Notes: a model not told the origin generated them from the sequence alone. Numbered from the stretch's first letter, positions 31,493 to 42,516 are shown. The stretch is 64,000 nt of DNA from Deltaproteobacteria bacterium (GCA_031269825.1 JAISYP010000100.1:240-64239), one strand, 5' to 3'. Made by a program: numbers and translations.

Positions 31493-31603
31493 TGGCCAAA
31501 AAGATAATTGAGCCCTAACCCTGGCTACTCAAGGCTTTAACCGGATAATCCGCCTCTGGGGTTTCTTCGCCCAGCTCGTCCGAGCTTAAGCCAGATCAAT
31601 AAA

Positions 31604-31627
31604 GGCGGGCCTAAGCCCGCCTTTTTT
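31604..31627. terminator. Intrinsic terminator, probably bidirectional, between the helicase remnant and cysK
   Basis: The plus strand shows GGCGGGC-ctaa-GCCCGCC followed by TTTTTT, and A-rich sequence precedes the hairpin. Confidence 0.7.
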
Positions 31628-31677
31628 CGTCTGGTCAAAAGGGCCCGCCCCTAGGCAAACCCCAACTCAGCCAAGAA

Positions 31678-32613
31678 TTACTCCTGAGCGAAAAGTTGGG
31701 TGGAGAGGTAGCGCTCGCCAGTGTCGGGCAGGATGACCACAACGTTCTTGCCAGCGAACTCGGGCCGTTTAGCCACTTCCGTGGCCGCGTGTAAGGCCGC
31801 CCCAGAAGAGATACCCACCAGCAGGCCTTCCTTGCGCCCCACTTCCCGGGCGGCGGTAAAAGCGTCCGGCGTCTTAACCCGGAAAATCTCATCCACCACG
31901 GAGGCGTTAAAGACCTGAGGCACAAACCCAGCCCCGATGCCCTGGATTTGGTGAGGCCCAGGTTTTTCGCCAGACAGAACCGAAGAGTCAAATGGCTCCA
32001 CCGCGATGATCCTGGCCTGGGGATTTAGTTTTTTCACCACCTCGCCCACGCCGGTGATGGTGCCGCCGGTGCCAACTCCGCCCACCACGGCGTCCACTTT
32101 ACCATCCGTGTCGTCCAAAATTTCCTTGGCCGTGGTCTTCCGATGGATCTCTGGGTTGGAGGGGTTGTTGAACTGCTGGGGCACGTAGGAGTTGGGGATA
32201 CTCGCGCGCAGCTCCTCGGCCTTTTTGATGGCCCCTTTCATGCCCTCAGACCCTGGGGTCAGATTCAGTTCCGCGCCTAGAGCGTAGAGAAGCTTGCGCC
32301 TTTCCAAACTCATGGTCTCCGGCATAACCAAAATGATCTTGTACCCACGAGAAGCGGCCACAAAGGCCAGGCCAATACCGGTGTTGCCAGAAGTCGGCTC
32401 GATAATGGTGGAATCCTTGTTGATGAGGCCGGCCTTTTCAGCGTCCTCAATCATGGCCAAGGCGATCCGATCCTTGACGCTACCCAAGGGGTTGAAGTAC
32501 TCCAGCTTGGCCAATATGCGCCCCTTGGCTCCCTGGGCTTGGCCATAGCGGGACAGCTCAACCAAAGGAGTGTTACCGATCAACTGGGTCAAATTCGCGG
32601 CTATTTTAGCCAT
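31678..32613 (-). CDS. cysK: Cysteine synthase A (O-acetylserine sulfhydrylase)
   Basis: It starts [18 protein letters not shown] and has NPLGSVKDR (PLP lysine), [10 protein letters not shown] and GTGGTITG motifs. Confidence 0.93.
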   Translation of the reverse strand: MAKIAANLTQLIGNTPLVELSRYGQAQGAKGRILAKLEYFNPLGSVKDRIALAMIEDAEKAGLINKDSTIIEPTSGNTGIGLAFVAASRGYKIILVMPETMSLERRKLLYALGAELNLTPGSEGMKGAIKKAEELRASIPNSYVPQQFNNPSNPEIHRKTTAKEILDDTDGKVDAVVGGVGTGGTITGVGEVVKKLNPQARIIAVEPFDSSVLSGEKPGPHQIQGIGAGFVPQVFNASVVDEIFRVKTPDAFTAAREVGRKEGLLVGISSGAALHAATEVAKRPEFAGKNVVVILPDTGERYLSTQLFAQE

Positions 32614-33436
32614 AAAACACCTCTCCAAAAGGAAAAACTAGCGATGATAGGGATCAAAAATGAAAAAAGCCAAGAACACAACTAGGTTCTCGGCCTTCAG
32701 ATATAAACTGATCAGCTTTGATTAGGTTTTCTGGAATAGCTCGGAGCCAGATAACTGGACAACCCACCAGCTCCCAGACACTCAAATCTATATTTGTAGT
32801 CCAACCCAAGTAGTTCAACCACCCAAGTAGTCCAACTCAAATCCAACCAAACTGGGTTAATTTTATTTTTTCCCTTTTCCCAAGTCAAGCTTTTTTTCCC
32901 GAGGGGGAAAAATTTTTAACTCCCAACGCTTCATTCCAGGCCTCGTCGCCAAAGCCCTGTTGACGTTCACGCTCAAAAGCACTAACTTTTTCTATAATAA
33001 TAAGCTAGAAAAAATAAACTATTTTACACTATCTTAGAATGAATAAATAATGTTTAAACATATTTTTACTTATTAAATAATTTAAATTTATTGTTAAAAC
33101 TTATATTTTAATAATTTACTCTTTACAAGTAAATTATATTTTGACAATAAATTAATAATTTATATATTGTATATTTATATTATAAATTATAGTTTTCTAA
33201 ATTTTAAAAATAACTATTGCTGATATTTATCATAATTATTAAATTAACAGCTCAATAAATAGCCCAATCGGCGTCACGTGGATAAGAACTAGTCCGCCAA
33301 AAAAAAATAGCCCCCCGTAAAAAATTACGCTTTACTTTTCTGATAAGTTTTTGTTAAAGTAGCTGGATTGTCCCAATCTAAACCGGTTTTGACCGGTTTT
33401 GATCGGCCATTCACCGTTTTTTTTAGGTTCTTCGAC

Positions 33437-34567
33437 ATGAATTTCGACACTGTCTGCGTCCACGGGGCTAAGGATCCTCATAATAACACTGGGGCTTTGG
33501 CTGTCCCCATTTACCAGTCCGCCACTTTCGCCCATCCAGGAGTGGGCCGGAGCACTGGTTTTGATTACGCCCGGGTTCAAAACCCGACCCGCGAGCCCTT
33601 GGAAAGACTAGTGGCCGCTTTAGAGGGGGGACGGGAAAGCGTCGCTTTCGCTAGTGGCATGGCCGCTCTAGACGCCACGCTTTCTCTATTGGGGCGGGGC
33701 GACCACCTCATCGCCTCCGACGATCTCTATGGCGGGACAGTCCGACTTTTTGATAGTCTCGCCAAACGGGCGGGCTTAGAGACCACTTACGCCGACGCTA
33801 GCGATATCACGGCTTTCCAAAAAGCCCTTAGACCCGAAACCAAAATGGTTTTTATTGAGACGCCCACCAATCCGATGATGAAGGTCACGGACATCGCGGC
33901 GGTTAAACAAGCCTTACCGCCCCATGTCATATTAGTGGTGGATAATACTTTTTTAACCCCGTATTTCCAGAAACCTTTGACCCTCGGGGCGGACGTGGTT
34001 CTCCACAGTGGCACCAAGTATTTTGCTGGCCATAACGACACCTTGGCCGGTTTTTTAGTGACCAATAATCTGGAAATCACGGATAAACTTCGCTACATAC
34101 TCAAGACCGTGGGGACGGGGCTAGCCCCATTTGACAGCTTTTTACTCATCAGAAGCATAAAAACCTTGCCTCTTAGAATGGAAAAAAGTCAAGCCAACGC
34201 CTTAAGAGCCGCTGGCTGGCTGGCCCAGCACCCAAAAGTCAAAAAAGTTTATTATCCTAGCTTAGCCGACGAAAAATCCCTCGCCATCTCCAAAAAGCAA
34301 GCCACTGGATTTGGGGCGATGATCTCGTTTGAGGTGGACACTGAGGCGACAGCGGTAAAAACTCTGGAAAAAGTTAAAACCATTCTTTACGCGGAAAGTT
34401 TAGGCGGGGTGGAAACTCTCATCACCTACCCTTTTCTGCAAACTCACTCTGACCTCCCGGTGGAACGACGCTTGTCCTTAGGCATTAACGGACGACTTTT
34501 GCGATTGTCTTTAGGCGTGGAAAATCCTGACGATCTTCTCGCCGATCTGGGACAGGCTCTATCCTGA
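33437..34567 (+). CDS. Cys/Met-metabolism PLP-dependent enzyme (cystathionine gamma-synthase/lyase or beta-lyase family)
   Basis: Motifs are MNFDTVCVHG, PIYQSATF, YARVQNPTR and SGTKYFAGHND (PLP lysine). The start was chosen at ATG 33437. Confidence 0.85.
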   Translation: MNFDTVCVHGAKDPHNNTGALAVPIYQSATFAHPGVGRSTGFDYARVQNPTREPLERLVAALEGGRESVAFASGMAALDATLSLLGRGDHLIASDDLYGGTVRLFDSLAKRAGLETTYADASDITAFQKALRPETKMVFIETPTNPMMKVTDIAAVKQALPPHVILVVDNTFLTPYFQKPLTLGADVVLHSGTKYFAGHNDTLAGFLVTNNLEITDKLRYILKTVGTGLAPFDSFLLIRSIKTLPLRMEKSQANALRAAGWLAQHPKVKKVYYPSLADEKSLAISKKQATGFGAMISFEVDTEATAVKTLEKVKTILYAESLGGVETLITYPFLQTHSDLPVERRLSLGINGRLLRLSLGVENPDDLLADLGQALS

Positions 34568-34600
34568 CCATAAAAACTCAATCAGGCCAAACAATAAAAT

Positions 34601-35803
34601 TTGGGCTTGTGGGAGCGACCATTGCGCTACAATTTTGACGAAATTATTGATCGTCGAGGCACTAACTGTATCAAATTCGATTTCGCCCAAGAAAGGGGAG
34701 TTCCAGAGGGACTTTTACCCTTATGGGTGGCGGATATGGATTTTCGGGCCCCCCAACCGGTTTTAGATCGTTTGGCGGCCCTGGCGCGCCACGGTATTTT
34801 TGGTTACACCGACACCAAAGAAGATTACTACTTAGCCGTGGCCAATTGGCTCAAAAAACGCCATAATTACTTAACCGAGCCCCAATGGCTCAAAAAAGCC
34901 CCCGGCGTGGTTTTCGCCTTGGCCATGGCCATCCGGGCTTTCACCAAACCCGGGGAGGGAGTCTTAATCCAAAGCCCGGTTTACTATCCTTTCACGAGTT
35001 GCGCGGTAACTAATGATCGTCGGCCGGTGGTAAATCAGCTGGTCTTGAAAGACGGCCGTTACGAAATCAATTTTGAGGATTTCGAAAAAAAACTGATCCA
35101 AAATAAAATCCGCCTTTTTTTGTTATGCAGTCCCCACAACCCCGTTGGTCGGGTGTGGACGAAAGAGGAACTAACGACCCTAGGTCAATTGTGCCTCAAA
35201 CATGATTGCCTGATCTTCTCCGATGAGATCCATTGTGATTTTATCTTTCCCAACCATCGCCACCAGGTTTTGGCGGCCATTTCCCCAGAGTTGGCCGACA
35301 TCGCCATCACCGCCACCGCCCCTTCCAAGACCTTTAATTTAGCCGGTCTCCAGAACGCTAACCTCTTCATCAAAAACCCCCATCTTCATTCCACTTTGTC
35401 TTTAGAGATCCGGCGCTCTGGATTCAGCCAGCTGAACGCCATGGGGTTAGCCGCTGGCCAAGCCGCCTACGAGTTGGGCGAAGACTGGCTAGAACAACTA
35501 TTGGTTTACTTAAAAGGCAACTTGGACTTTACCCGGAGCTTCTTCCAAGAGCGCCTAGCCCCCTTGGCCATTATTGAGCCAGAAGGCACGTACCTATTGT
35601 GGTTTGACTGCCGAGCCCTGGGTCTAAAACCGGGCCAGACCAACCGTTTTATGCTCGACCAAGCCCGTCTGTGGTTAGACGACGGGGACATTTTTGGCCC
35701 CGGCGGGGAAGGTTTCCAACGGCTCAACTTCGCTTGCCCTCGGCCAATCTTAGAAGAGGCCTTAGAGCGACTAGAGAACGCCTTAAAGCGGACGACCAAA
35801 TAA
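34601..35803 (+). CDS. Class I/II aminotransferase of the MalY/PatB type (cystathionine beta-lyase candidate)
   Basis: RYNFDEIIDRRGTNCIKFDF is typical of PatB/MalY. SPHNPVGRVW and the SKTFNLAG lysine motif are present. The exact start is uncertain (TTG 34601 or TTG 34622). Confidence 0.8.
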   Translation: MGLWERPLRYNFDEIIDRRGTNCIKFDFAQERGVPEGLLPLWVADMDFRAPQPVLDRLAALARHGIFGYTDTKEDYYLAVANWLKKRHNYLTEPQWLKKAPGVVFALAMAIRAFTKPGEGVLIQSPVYYPFTSCAVTNDRRPVVNQLVLKDGRYEINFEDFEKKLIQNKIRLFLLCSPHNPVGRVWTKEELTTLGQLCLKHDCLIFSDEIHCDFIFPNHRHQVLAAISPELADIAITATAPSKTFNLAGLQNANLFIKNPHLHSTLSLEIRRSGFSQLNAMGLAAGQAAYELGEDWLEQLLVYLKGNLDFTRSFFQERLAPLAIIEPEGTYLLWFDCRALGLKPGQTNRFMLDQARLWLDDGDIFGPGGEGFQRLNFACPRPILEEALERLENALKRTTK

Positions 35804-35859
35804 CCAATGTCGACCAATCAGGAGTCGAAACTAAGATATCTCGCCTGATTGTTGAGTCC

Positions 35860-36221
35860 ATGAAGCCAGCCGTCGTTGAGGCCCAGGCTTTATTGAGGAA
35901 ACTAGTGGAAACCTGCCCAGACAGCCTTTTAGACGAAATAATTGGCTCCTGGCCTCTAGGCGACAGGTGGCCAGCTACCTGGCCAGCGTCGACTCGGTCA
36001 CCGCGGGCCCACCCCTAGTTATCCCCGCCCCTTTGACCGAAAAGCTCGTCAAGCTCCAAACCAAGGCCCAACAGTCTATCCCCAAAGAGGCTCTTTTTGT
36101 TCTTCTTAGCTTCCCGGGCGCATTACCATTTGGGCCGTGGGGACATGAACCTGACCAACCATGGCTTAAACGGGGTTTTGTGGATCTTTTAGGTCGAGCC
36201 AGGTTTTCGCTCATGACCTAA
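35860..36221 (+). pseudogene. Possible frameshifted remnant of an unknown gene
   Basis: Two consecutive ORFs with GC-rich, coding-like composition lie in different frames (MKPAVVEAQALLRKLVETCPDSLLDEIIGSWPLGDR... and ...SVDSVTAGPPLVIPAPLTEKLVKLQTKAQQSIPKEALF...). No family was recognised. Confidence 0.25.
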
Positions 36222-36808
36222 CGCTTACCAAGCGACGGATCTGGCGACTAACCAAGCGACTTAGACAGCGGACTTAGACCACAGATTGGGACGACAATAG
36301 TTGCCAATAGTTTGGGACAGATCGATTTCGCGCCTCGGCGGCCTTTTAGGGAATCGCGGACAGGCCTGATCCGCCTGGCTCGCTTTTTCCCCATTGGGCG
36401 AGCCCCCTATCCACGAAACCTAGAATAATTTTTTCTTCGCCGCTCCCCTTCGGCTAGGCGGTTTCACCAACCATACTAGACAACTATTAGCCATTTATAA
36501 ACGTATTATAAACTAATATAAACGAATACTAATCTAAAAAATAGTTTTTAAGTAATTTTATTTTTTATCTTGGCCTGGTCGCCCGGTTGTTTTTTTTTCT
36601 ATTTAAGGCTAAATTAAAAAAGTGTCTTTTTCTTAACCCTGTATCTCGTCGACGAAAAGCGACTAAATGACCAACAGGAAAAGCCGGCCCTCTGAGGGGA
36701 CGGCTTTTGGCGTTTTGAGCCAATTTTTGACTATTAATTATCTTTAATTTATTTGTATTCACTATTTTATCTGCGCCACAACGCCCTTATAAATCGAAAG
36801 TTAACAAT

Positions 36809-38584
36809 ATGGCATCCAATTGCTCCAGCCCAACTGTCCGACTTGACCCCCATGGCGAGGTTTTAGGCCAGCGGTTTAGCTCCTATTTGGCCCCAACTTT
36901 AAAAGAAGCTCCCGCCGAGGCGGAAATTATCAGCCACAAACTCATGATCCGGGCCGGTCTTATCCGCCGCCTAGCGGCTGGGATCTACAACTACCTGCCG
37001 ATGGGTTTACGGTCTTTGCGCAAGGTCGAGCGGATCATCCGCGGCGAGATGAACCGGTTCGGGGCCAGGGAAGTGTTATTGCCCGCCGTCCAACCGGCTG
37101 AGCTCTGGAAGGAGTCCGGTCGTTGGGAAAAATATGGCCCTGAGCTATTGCGCTTTAAGGATCGTCACGATCGGGACTTTGTCTTTGGGCCCACCCACGA
37201 GGAGGTCATCACTGACCTAGTTAAGCGGGAAGCGCGCTCTTTCCGGGACTTGCCGTTAAACCTGTTCCAGATCCAGACTAAATTCCGCGATGAGATTCGC
37301 CCTCGCTTTGGCCTGATGCGGGGACGGGAATTCATCATGAAAGACGCCTACAGCTTTGACGTTGACGACGCGGCGGCGGATCGAAGCTATAAGGCCATGT
37401 ACCAGGCTTACCAAAATATTTTTCGGCGTTGCGGCTTAAAGTTCGCCGCCGTGGAAGCTCATAGCGGGGCCATTGGCGGTAATTATTCCCATGAATTTAT
37501 GGTTCTGGCCGACTCTGGGGAAGACGCCATCGCCTTCTGCCCGGCTTGCTCTTACGCGGCCAACCTCGAGAAAGCCACTTCGCGCTATCCCCTAACGCCT
37601 GGGCCAAAAGATGGGGAACTGATCAAAACTCACACCCCTAATTGTCGTCATGTCCCGGAGTTGGCCAAGTTCTTAGGGGTACCGCCCTCTTCCATCATCA
37701 AATCGCTACTTTTTCTGGCTGACCGGACGGAACCGATACTGGCCCTCATCCCTGGACACCGAGAAATCAACCTCGTCAAACTGAAAGACGCTCTGGACGG
37801 TCGCGAACCAGTTCTGGCCTCCCCGGAAGAAGCGGAAAAAATCATGGGCGTCCCCATGGGGTTTGTCACCCCAGTGGGGGCGAAGGTCAAGATTGTGGCC
37901 GATTTAGCCCTAGAGCGCCTCCAAAGCGGGGTGGCTGGAGCGGGCGAAAAGGACTATCACTATTTGAACGCTCAAATCCATCGTGATTTCCCAGTCCACG
38001 CCTTAGTCGATCTGGTGGTCGTGGCCGACGAGGATCCTTGTCCCCAATGCGGCCAGCCCCTGGCCATCCGCCGAGGCATTGAGGTGGGGCACGTCTTTAA
38101 GCTAGGGGTAAAGTACTCCGCGGCCCTAGGAGCCACTTTTATGGGTTCCGATGGACAGTTAACGCCCTTAATCATGGGTTGCTACGGCATTGGTCTCGGC
38201 CGGACATTAGCCGCCGCCGCCGAGCAGAACCACGATCGCGATGGGCTCATCTGGCCCATGGCTTTAGCTCCTTTCCAAGTGGCCCTATTGCCTCTGCAGA
38301 TCCAAAACCCCGACGTGGCCCAGGCCGCGGAAACGCTACTGGATGAACTAACCAGTTTAGGCGTGGAAGTTCTTTTGGATGACCGCGACGAAAGACCTGG
38401 GTTAAAATTCAAAGACGCCGATCTTTTGGGGTTGCCCCTTCGGGCGACCATTTCCGAAAAAAGCTTGGCCAATGGGGCCGTGGAACTGAAAAAAAGGCTT
38501 GACCGAACCGTGACCACGCTCCCCGTGGCCGTGGCCGCCCAGGAATTAAAAAACCTGGTCGAGACCATGTTAAGCCCCATTTAA
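36809..38584 (+). CDS. proS: Proline--tRNA ligase (bacterial type with INS editing domain)
   Basis: Motifs are LAPTLKEAPAEAEIISHKLMIRAGLIRR, FRDEIRPRFGLMRGREF and MGCYGIGLGR. The true start may lie downstream of ATG 36809. Confidence 0.93.
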   Translation: MASNCSSPTVRLDPHGEVLGQRFSSYLAPTLKEAPAEAEIISHKLMIRAGLIRRLAAGIYNYLPMGLRSLRKVERIIRGEMNRFGAREVLLPAVQPAELWKESGRWEKYGPELLRFKDRHDRDFVFGPTHEEVITDLVKREARSFRDLPLNLFQIQTKFRDEIRPRFGLMRGREFIMKDAYSFDVDDAAADRSYKAMYQAYQNIFRRCGLKFAAVEAHSGAIGGNYSHEFMVLADSGEDAIAFCPACSYAANLEKATSRYPLTPGPKDGELIKTHTPNCRHVPELAKFLGVPPSSIIKSLLFLADRTEPILALIPGHREINLVKLKDALDGREPVLASPEEAEKIMGVPMGFVTPVGAKVKIVADLALERLQSGVAGAGEKDYHYLNAQIHRDFPVHALVDLVVVADEDPCPQCGQPLAIRRGIEVGHVFKLGVKYSAALGATFMGSDGQLTPLIMGCYGIGLGRTLAAAAEQNHDRDGLIWPMALAPFQVALLPLQIQNPDVAQAAETLLDELTSLGVEVLLDDRDERPGLKFKDADLLGLPLRATISEKSLANGAVELKKRLDRTVTTLPVAVAAQELKNLVETMLSPI

Positions 38585-38597
38585 TCCGGTGCCGAGC

Positions 38598-40940
38598 ATG
38601 AGCGTTCCCCCCACCATCCCCGCGCCCGAAAAGGACACGCCAGCCCCTATTGGCTCGGAGGAGGAACTGCGGTTTCCCCCAGGCTATCCTAAGCGCGAAG
38701 ACTCTTCGTCCGAGACCAAACCTGAGCCCGTTGACTACAAACCCATGGAGGGCATCCCCGTCTACGGCATGCGAGCCGTGCGTATCCACGAGATTGTCGA
38801 CGCTCTGTTGGAACAAAATCCGAACGCCGACGATGAGTTAGTTAACCGGGCTTACGTTTTCGCGGCCACGGCTCACCAGGGCATGACGCGACGCTCGGGG
38901 GAACCCTACCTCATTCATCCCCTGGCGGTGGCCTGGATCCTCACCGATATGCGTTTAGACGCGACCATCGTGACGGCCGGCCTGCTCCATGACGTGGTGG
39001 AGGATACCTCGCATACCGTGGAAGACATCAAACGGGAGTTTGGGTCGGACGTGGCCGGTATCGTCGATGGGCTAACTAAAATCAGTAAGCTCAACTTTAA
39101 CTCCGCCACCGAGCGGGCCGCCTCGAACATGCGCAAGATGATCCTGGCCATGCTGACCGATCTGCGCGTGATTTTGGTCAAACTAGCCGACCGCTTAAAC
39201 AACATGCGCACGCTCGGTTTCATGCCCCCGGAAAAACAAAAAGCCATCGCCAAAGAAACGCTGGACATCTTCGCGCCTTTAGCCGCCCGTTTAGGCATCC
39301 AAAAGATCCAATCCGAGTTGGAGGATCTGTCGTTTTTTTACTTAGAGCCAGAGGCGTATTTTAAGCTGCGGCAGGACATCCACTCCGGCCGCCAGGATCG
39401 GCAAAAATACGTCGAGGAAGTCAAAGCTTTCTTATCCGCCCGCATGACCGAGTTTGGGATCGCCTGCGAGATTGAGGGACGCCCCAAACATCTCTACAGC
39501 GTCTGGCGGAAGATGCGCGAGCAGAACTTGCCATTTGAGCAGATTTTTGATCTAGTGGCTTTCCGGATCATTGTTAACGAAGTCCAGGACTGTTACAGCG
39601 CGTTAGGCGTGATCCATTCCATCTTCCGTCCCATTCCCGGGCGCTTTAAAGATTACATTAGCCTCCCCAAACACAATGGCTACCGCTCGCTCCACACGGC
39701 CGTGGTGGGCCTTAAAAACATCCGCATTGAAATCCAAATCCGCACTAAAAAGATGCACGCCTACGCCGAGGAAGGCATCGCCGCCCATTGGCTTTATAAG
39801 GAGGGCGGGCAACTATCCGAAGAGGAAACCCAAAGAATCAGCTCCCTAAGGTCGGTCTTAAGTTGGCAAGACAACCTCTCCGATCCAACCAGCTTTTTAA
39901 ACTCCATCCGGGAGAGCCTGGCCGAAGAGGACAATATCTATGTCTTCACCCCCCAAGGCGATATCAAAGAACTCCCCATGGGGGCGACGCCTTTAGATTT
40001 CGCTTACTCCGTGCATACCTACATTGGCAACCACTGTGGGGGAGCCAAAGTCAATGGTCAAATGACCAGCCTCCGCCAAAAACTTAATAGCGCCGACACG
40101 GTGGAGATCATCACTAACCCGGCCTCTAGCCCCTCTCGGGATTGGCTCCGTCATGTGGTGACCTCCAAAGCCCGGGCCCGAATTAAACAATGGTTCGCGG
40201 CGGCGGAAAAAACTCAGGCCGAGCTTTTTGGGCAAGATCTTTTGGTTCAGGAGATGCGTCGTAGGCGGCTGAAAAAATCTCGCCTGTCCAAAGAAGTTTT
40301 GCGTAAACTTGGGTTTCAGACCTTGGATGAATTGAACACGGCCGTCGCCTATGGCCGCGTCACGGTGCGGCGGGTGATGGAAACCATCCTCCCAGAGTTA
40401 TTAACCGAGCCCCCCAAACCGCCTGATCCGAAAACCGCGGTCAAAGAACCCCAAAAAACGCTAAAAGGGGTCTTGGTGCGGGGCGTGGACGAGGTTTTTG
40501 TCCGTTACGGCAAGTGTTGCTCTCCCGTGCGTGGGGAACCCATTGTCGGTTTTTTAACCCATGGTAACGGGGTGACCATCCATACCACCAATTGTCAGTC
40601 CATCATTGGTCTGGATCCAGAACGTTTCATTGAAGTGTCCTGGGATCAGTCTGAAATCAAGGATCAGACTTACGAGATTGGCCTCAAAGTCCAAACGCGG
40701 CCCATCAAAGGTGGACTTTCCAAAATCGTGGCCGTTCTCTCCAGTCAAGTGGTCGACATCATCGAGGCCCACACTAGCGACGCCAAGACGGGTCGGTTAA
40801 TGTTCAAGGTGACGGTGCGCGATTTTGACCAATACCAGGACACGATAAAAGCCCTAACCGAGTTAGGTGGCTTGGTGGAACGGGTGGAACGGGAATATCC
40901 CGAGGCGGGCTTGGAAATTGAGGATGAGGTCTCTGATTGA
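38598..40940 (+). CDS. rel: Bifunctional (p)ppGpp synthetase/hydrolase (RelA/SpoT homologue)
   Basis: It has an HD hydrolase domain (HQGMTRRSGEPYLIHPLAV...LLHDVVEDT), a synthetase domain (YRSLHTAV), and TGS and ACT-like C-terminal regions. A proline-rich N-terminal extension of about 60 aa is present. The start is ambiguous (GTG 38589 or ATG 38598). Confidence 0.92.
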   Translation: MSVPPTIPAPEKDTPAPIGSEEELRFPPGYPKREDSSSETKPEPVDYKPMEGIPVYGMRAVRIHEIVDALLEQNPNADDELVNRAYVFAATAHQGMTRRSGEPYLIHPLAVAWILTDMRLDATIVTAGLLHDVVEDTSHTVEDIKREFGSDVAGIVDGLTKISKLNFNSATERAASNMRKMILAMLTDLRVILVKLADRLNNMRTLGFMPPEKQKAIAKETLDIFAPLAARLGIQKIQSELEDLSFFYLEPEAYFKLRQDIHSGRQDRQKYVEEVKAFLSARMTEFGIACEIEGRPKHLYSVWRKMREQNLPFEQIFDLVAFRIIVNEVQDCYSALGVIHSIFRPIPGRFKDYISLPKHNGYRSLHTAVVGLKNIRIEIQIRTKKMHAYAEEGIAAHWLYKEGGQLSEEETQRISSLRSVLSWQDNLSDPTSFLNSIRESLAEEDNIYVFTPQGDIKELPMGATPLDFAYSVHTYIGNHCGGAKVNGQMTSLRQKLNSADTVEIITNPASSPSRDWLRHVVTSKARARIKQWFAAAEKTQAELFGQDLLVQEMRRRRLKKSRLSKEVLRKLGFQTLDELNTAVAYGRVTVRRVMETILPELLTEPPKPPDPKTAVKEPQKTLKGVLVRGVDEVFVRYGKCCSPVRGEPIVGFLTHGNGVTIHTTNCQSIIGLDPERFIEVSWDQSEIKDQTYEIGLKVQTRPIKGGLSKIVAVLSSQVVDIIEAHTSDAKTGRLMFKVTVRDFDQYQDTIKALTELGGLVERVEREYPEAGLEIEDEVSD

Positions 40941-41992
40941 GCGATTTAGAAAAAAAACGCCTTTTGGATTTAAGCCCAGAGGATCTCCAAGAACTGGTCG
41001 TGAGCCTCGGGGAAAAACCTTACCGGGGCGAGCAACTGGCGGTCTGGCTTTTTCGGCGGGGAACTGAGCGATGGGCCAGCATGACCGACATCTCGGTCGC
41101 TTCCCGTGACAAACTAGCCGCGATCGCCGACCTTGGGCCCATTCTAACCCCCTTGGAAATCGCCGTGGCCTCGGATGGAACGCGCAAAATCCTCTGGTCA
41201 GCCCCGGATCAAGCCAAAATTGAAAGCGTGCTCATACCAGAACGCGATCATCTGACTTTATGTATATCCACCCAAGTCGGTTGCCAACTCAAGTGCCGTT
41301 TCTGCCGAACTGGGGAGATGGGGTTCGCGCGTGACTTAAGCCAAGGAGAGATTTTAGGCCAAATCCTGGGCGTAAAAAAGCTCCTCACCCCGCGAGAAAA
41401 ATTAACCAACATCGTGTTCATGGGCATGGGGGAACCAGGTTTGGCCTTGGAACCAGTCATGGGAACCTTGGCCATCCTCACTTCACCGCGTTATCTAGCC
41501 TTATCGGGCCGCCATATCTCGCTCTCCACGGCGGGCGTGATTCCGGCCCTAAAAAAACTGGGCGAATCTGGGCTGGATTTTGGCTTGACTATCTCTTTAG
41601 GCGCCCCCACCGACGAGTTACGCGACAAAATCATGCCCATTAATCGTCAATACCCCTTAAAAGATCTCAAAAAAGCCCTGGCCGCTTATCCTTTGCGCAA
41701 AGGGCGGCGTATAACCATCGCCTACATTTTGCTAAAAAACGTCAATGATAGCCCAGCCGAAGCCCTGGCCTTAAGCCACTACGTCACGGGCTTAAAAACC
41801 AAAATAAACCTCATCCCGTTTAACCCCTGGCCTGGGGCGCCATTTGAGCGTCCTAGCGACGTGACGATCAATAATTTTTGGCGGATCCTTTACGATAAAC
41901 GCCACACGGTCATGATTCGCTGGTCAAAGGGCGGGGAGATAGCTGGAGCTTGCGGACAACTGGCTGGGGAAAAAAATCTAAAAAACCTCTAA
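40937..41992 (+). CDS. rlmN: Dual-specificity 23S rRNA/tRNA m2A methyltransferase RlmN (radical SAM)
   Basis: It has the cluster motif GCQLKCRFCRTG, then GMGEP, and a C-terminal GACGQL. The TTG start overlaps the rel stop. Confidence 0.9.
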   Translation: MSDLEKKRLLDLSPEDLQELVVSLGEKPYRGEQLAVWLFRRGTERWASMTDISVASRDKLAAIADLGPILTPLEIAVASDGTRKILWSAPDQAKIESVLIPERDHLTLCISTQVGCQLKCRFCRTGEMGFARDLSQGEILGQILGVKKLLTPREKLTNIVFMGMGEPGLALEPVMGTLAILTSPRYLALSGRHISLSTAGVIPALKKLGESGLDFGLTISLGAPTDELRDKIMPINRQYPLKDLKKALAAYPLRKGRRITIAYILLKNVNDSPAEALALSHYVTGLKTKINLIPFNPWPGAPFERPSDVTINNFWRILYDKRHTVMIRWSKGGEIAGACGQLAGEKNLKNL

Positions 41993-42256
41993 AATACCCA
42001 CCATTTTCTTACCTGGGGGCGAGCCTTAATCTTGATCGCTCCAGTTAAACCCATCTTTTGTTTCACCATATTTAACTAATAACAAAATAAAGTTATTATG
42101 GCAACTTTATATATTAAAAAAATAATATTCTAAATAAAACTAAACTTTTGTTATTATTGTATAATATTGATTAATTTTTATTATAATTATAAAAGCAAAA
42201 ACACAAGTTCTTTATTAAATATTAATTCTTATATTAGTAAACTAGCTAAACATCTA

Positions 42257-42366
42257 TGATAGCCTCGCAAGAAGGCCTAAAAACGGAAAATAAATTTTTA
42301 AACTTTTTATATTAGTACTCTTTATTTAATAAATTTCTTGAACCTAGGGTTTTCGCGAAACCATCA
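42257..42366. mobile_element. MITE-like 110-bp element, second full copy
   Basis: The left end is TGATAGCCTCGCAAGAAGGCCTA (42257-42279). The right end at 42343-42366 is CCTAGGGTTTTCGCGAAACCATCA, whose reverse complement is TGATGGTTTCGCGAAAACCCTAGG. The core is AT-rich and the size matches 1373-1483. Confidence 0.5.
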
Positions 42367-42516
42367 TTTATCTGAAAAAATTTGTCTCGCTAATCCTTGT
42401 CGTAGAAAAACTTCTTAACCAATACAGGGTTTAGACTGGAAAAAATTACCCGCGCTCATCAATGACCCCGAGCCATCCGAAGAATTGTTCGCTCATATTC
42501 AGGAAGAATCCAATCT

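Noticed and set aside
32806-32860. Imperfect tandem TAGTYCAAC-type repeats (TAGTCCAACCCAAG TAGTTCAACCACCCAAG TAGTCCAAC) in the cysK/metC-like spacer
   Set aside because: The repeat is short and degenerate with an irregular period. I could not connect it to any feature, so I note it but do not promote it to a finding.
33240-33436. SAM riboswitch or T-box leader upstream of the Cys/Met PLP enzyme gene
   Set aside because: The conserved SAM-I core, T-box specifier and T-box sequence elements are not recognisable. Only a short direct repeat (AACCGGTTTTGACCGGTTTTGATCGG) is present.
36330-36440. Possible additional degenerate MITE ends (GGCCTTTTAGGGAATCGCGG and CCACGAAACCTAG)
   Set aside because: The matches to the terminal-repeat consensus are too weak and are not arranged as an inverted pair at the spacing of about 110 bp.
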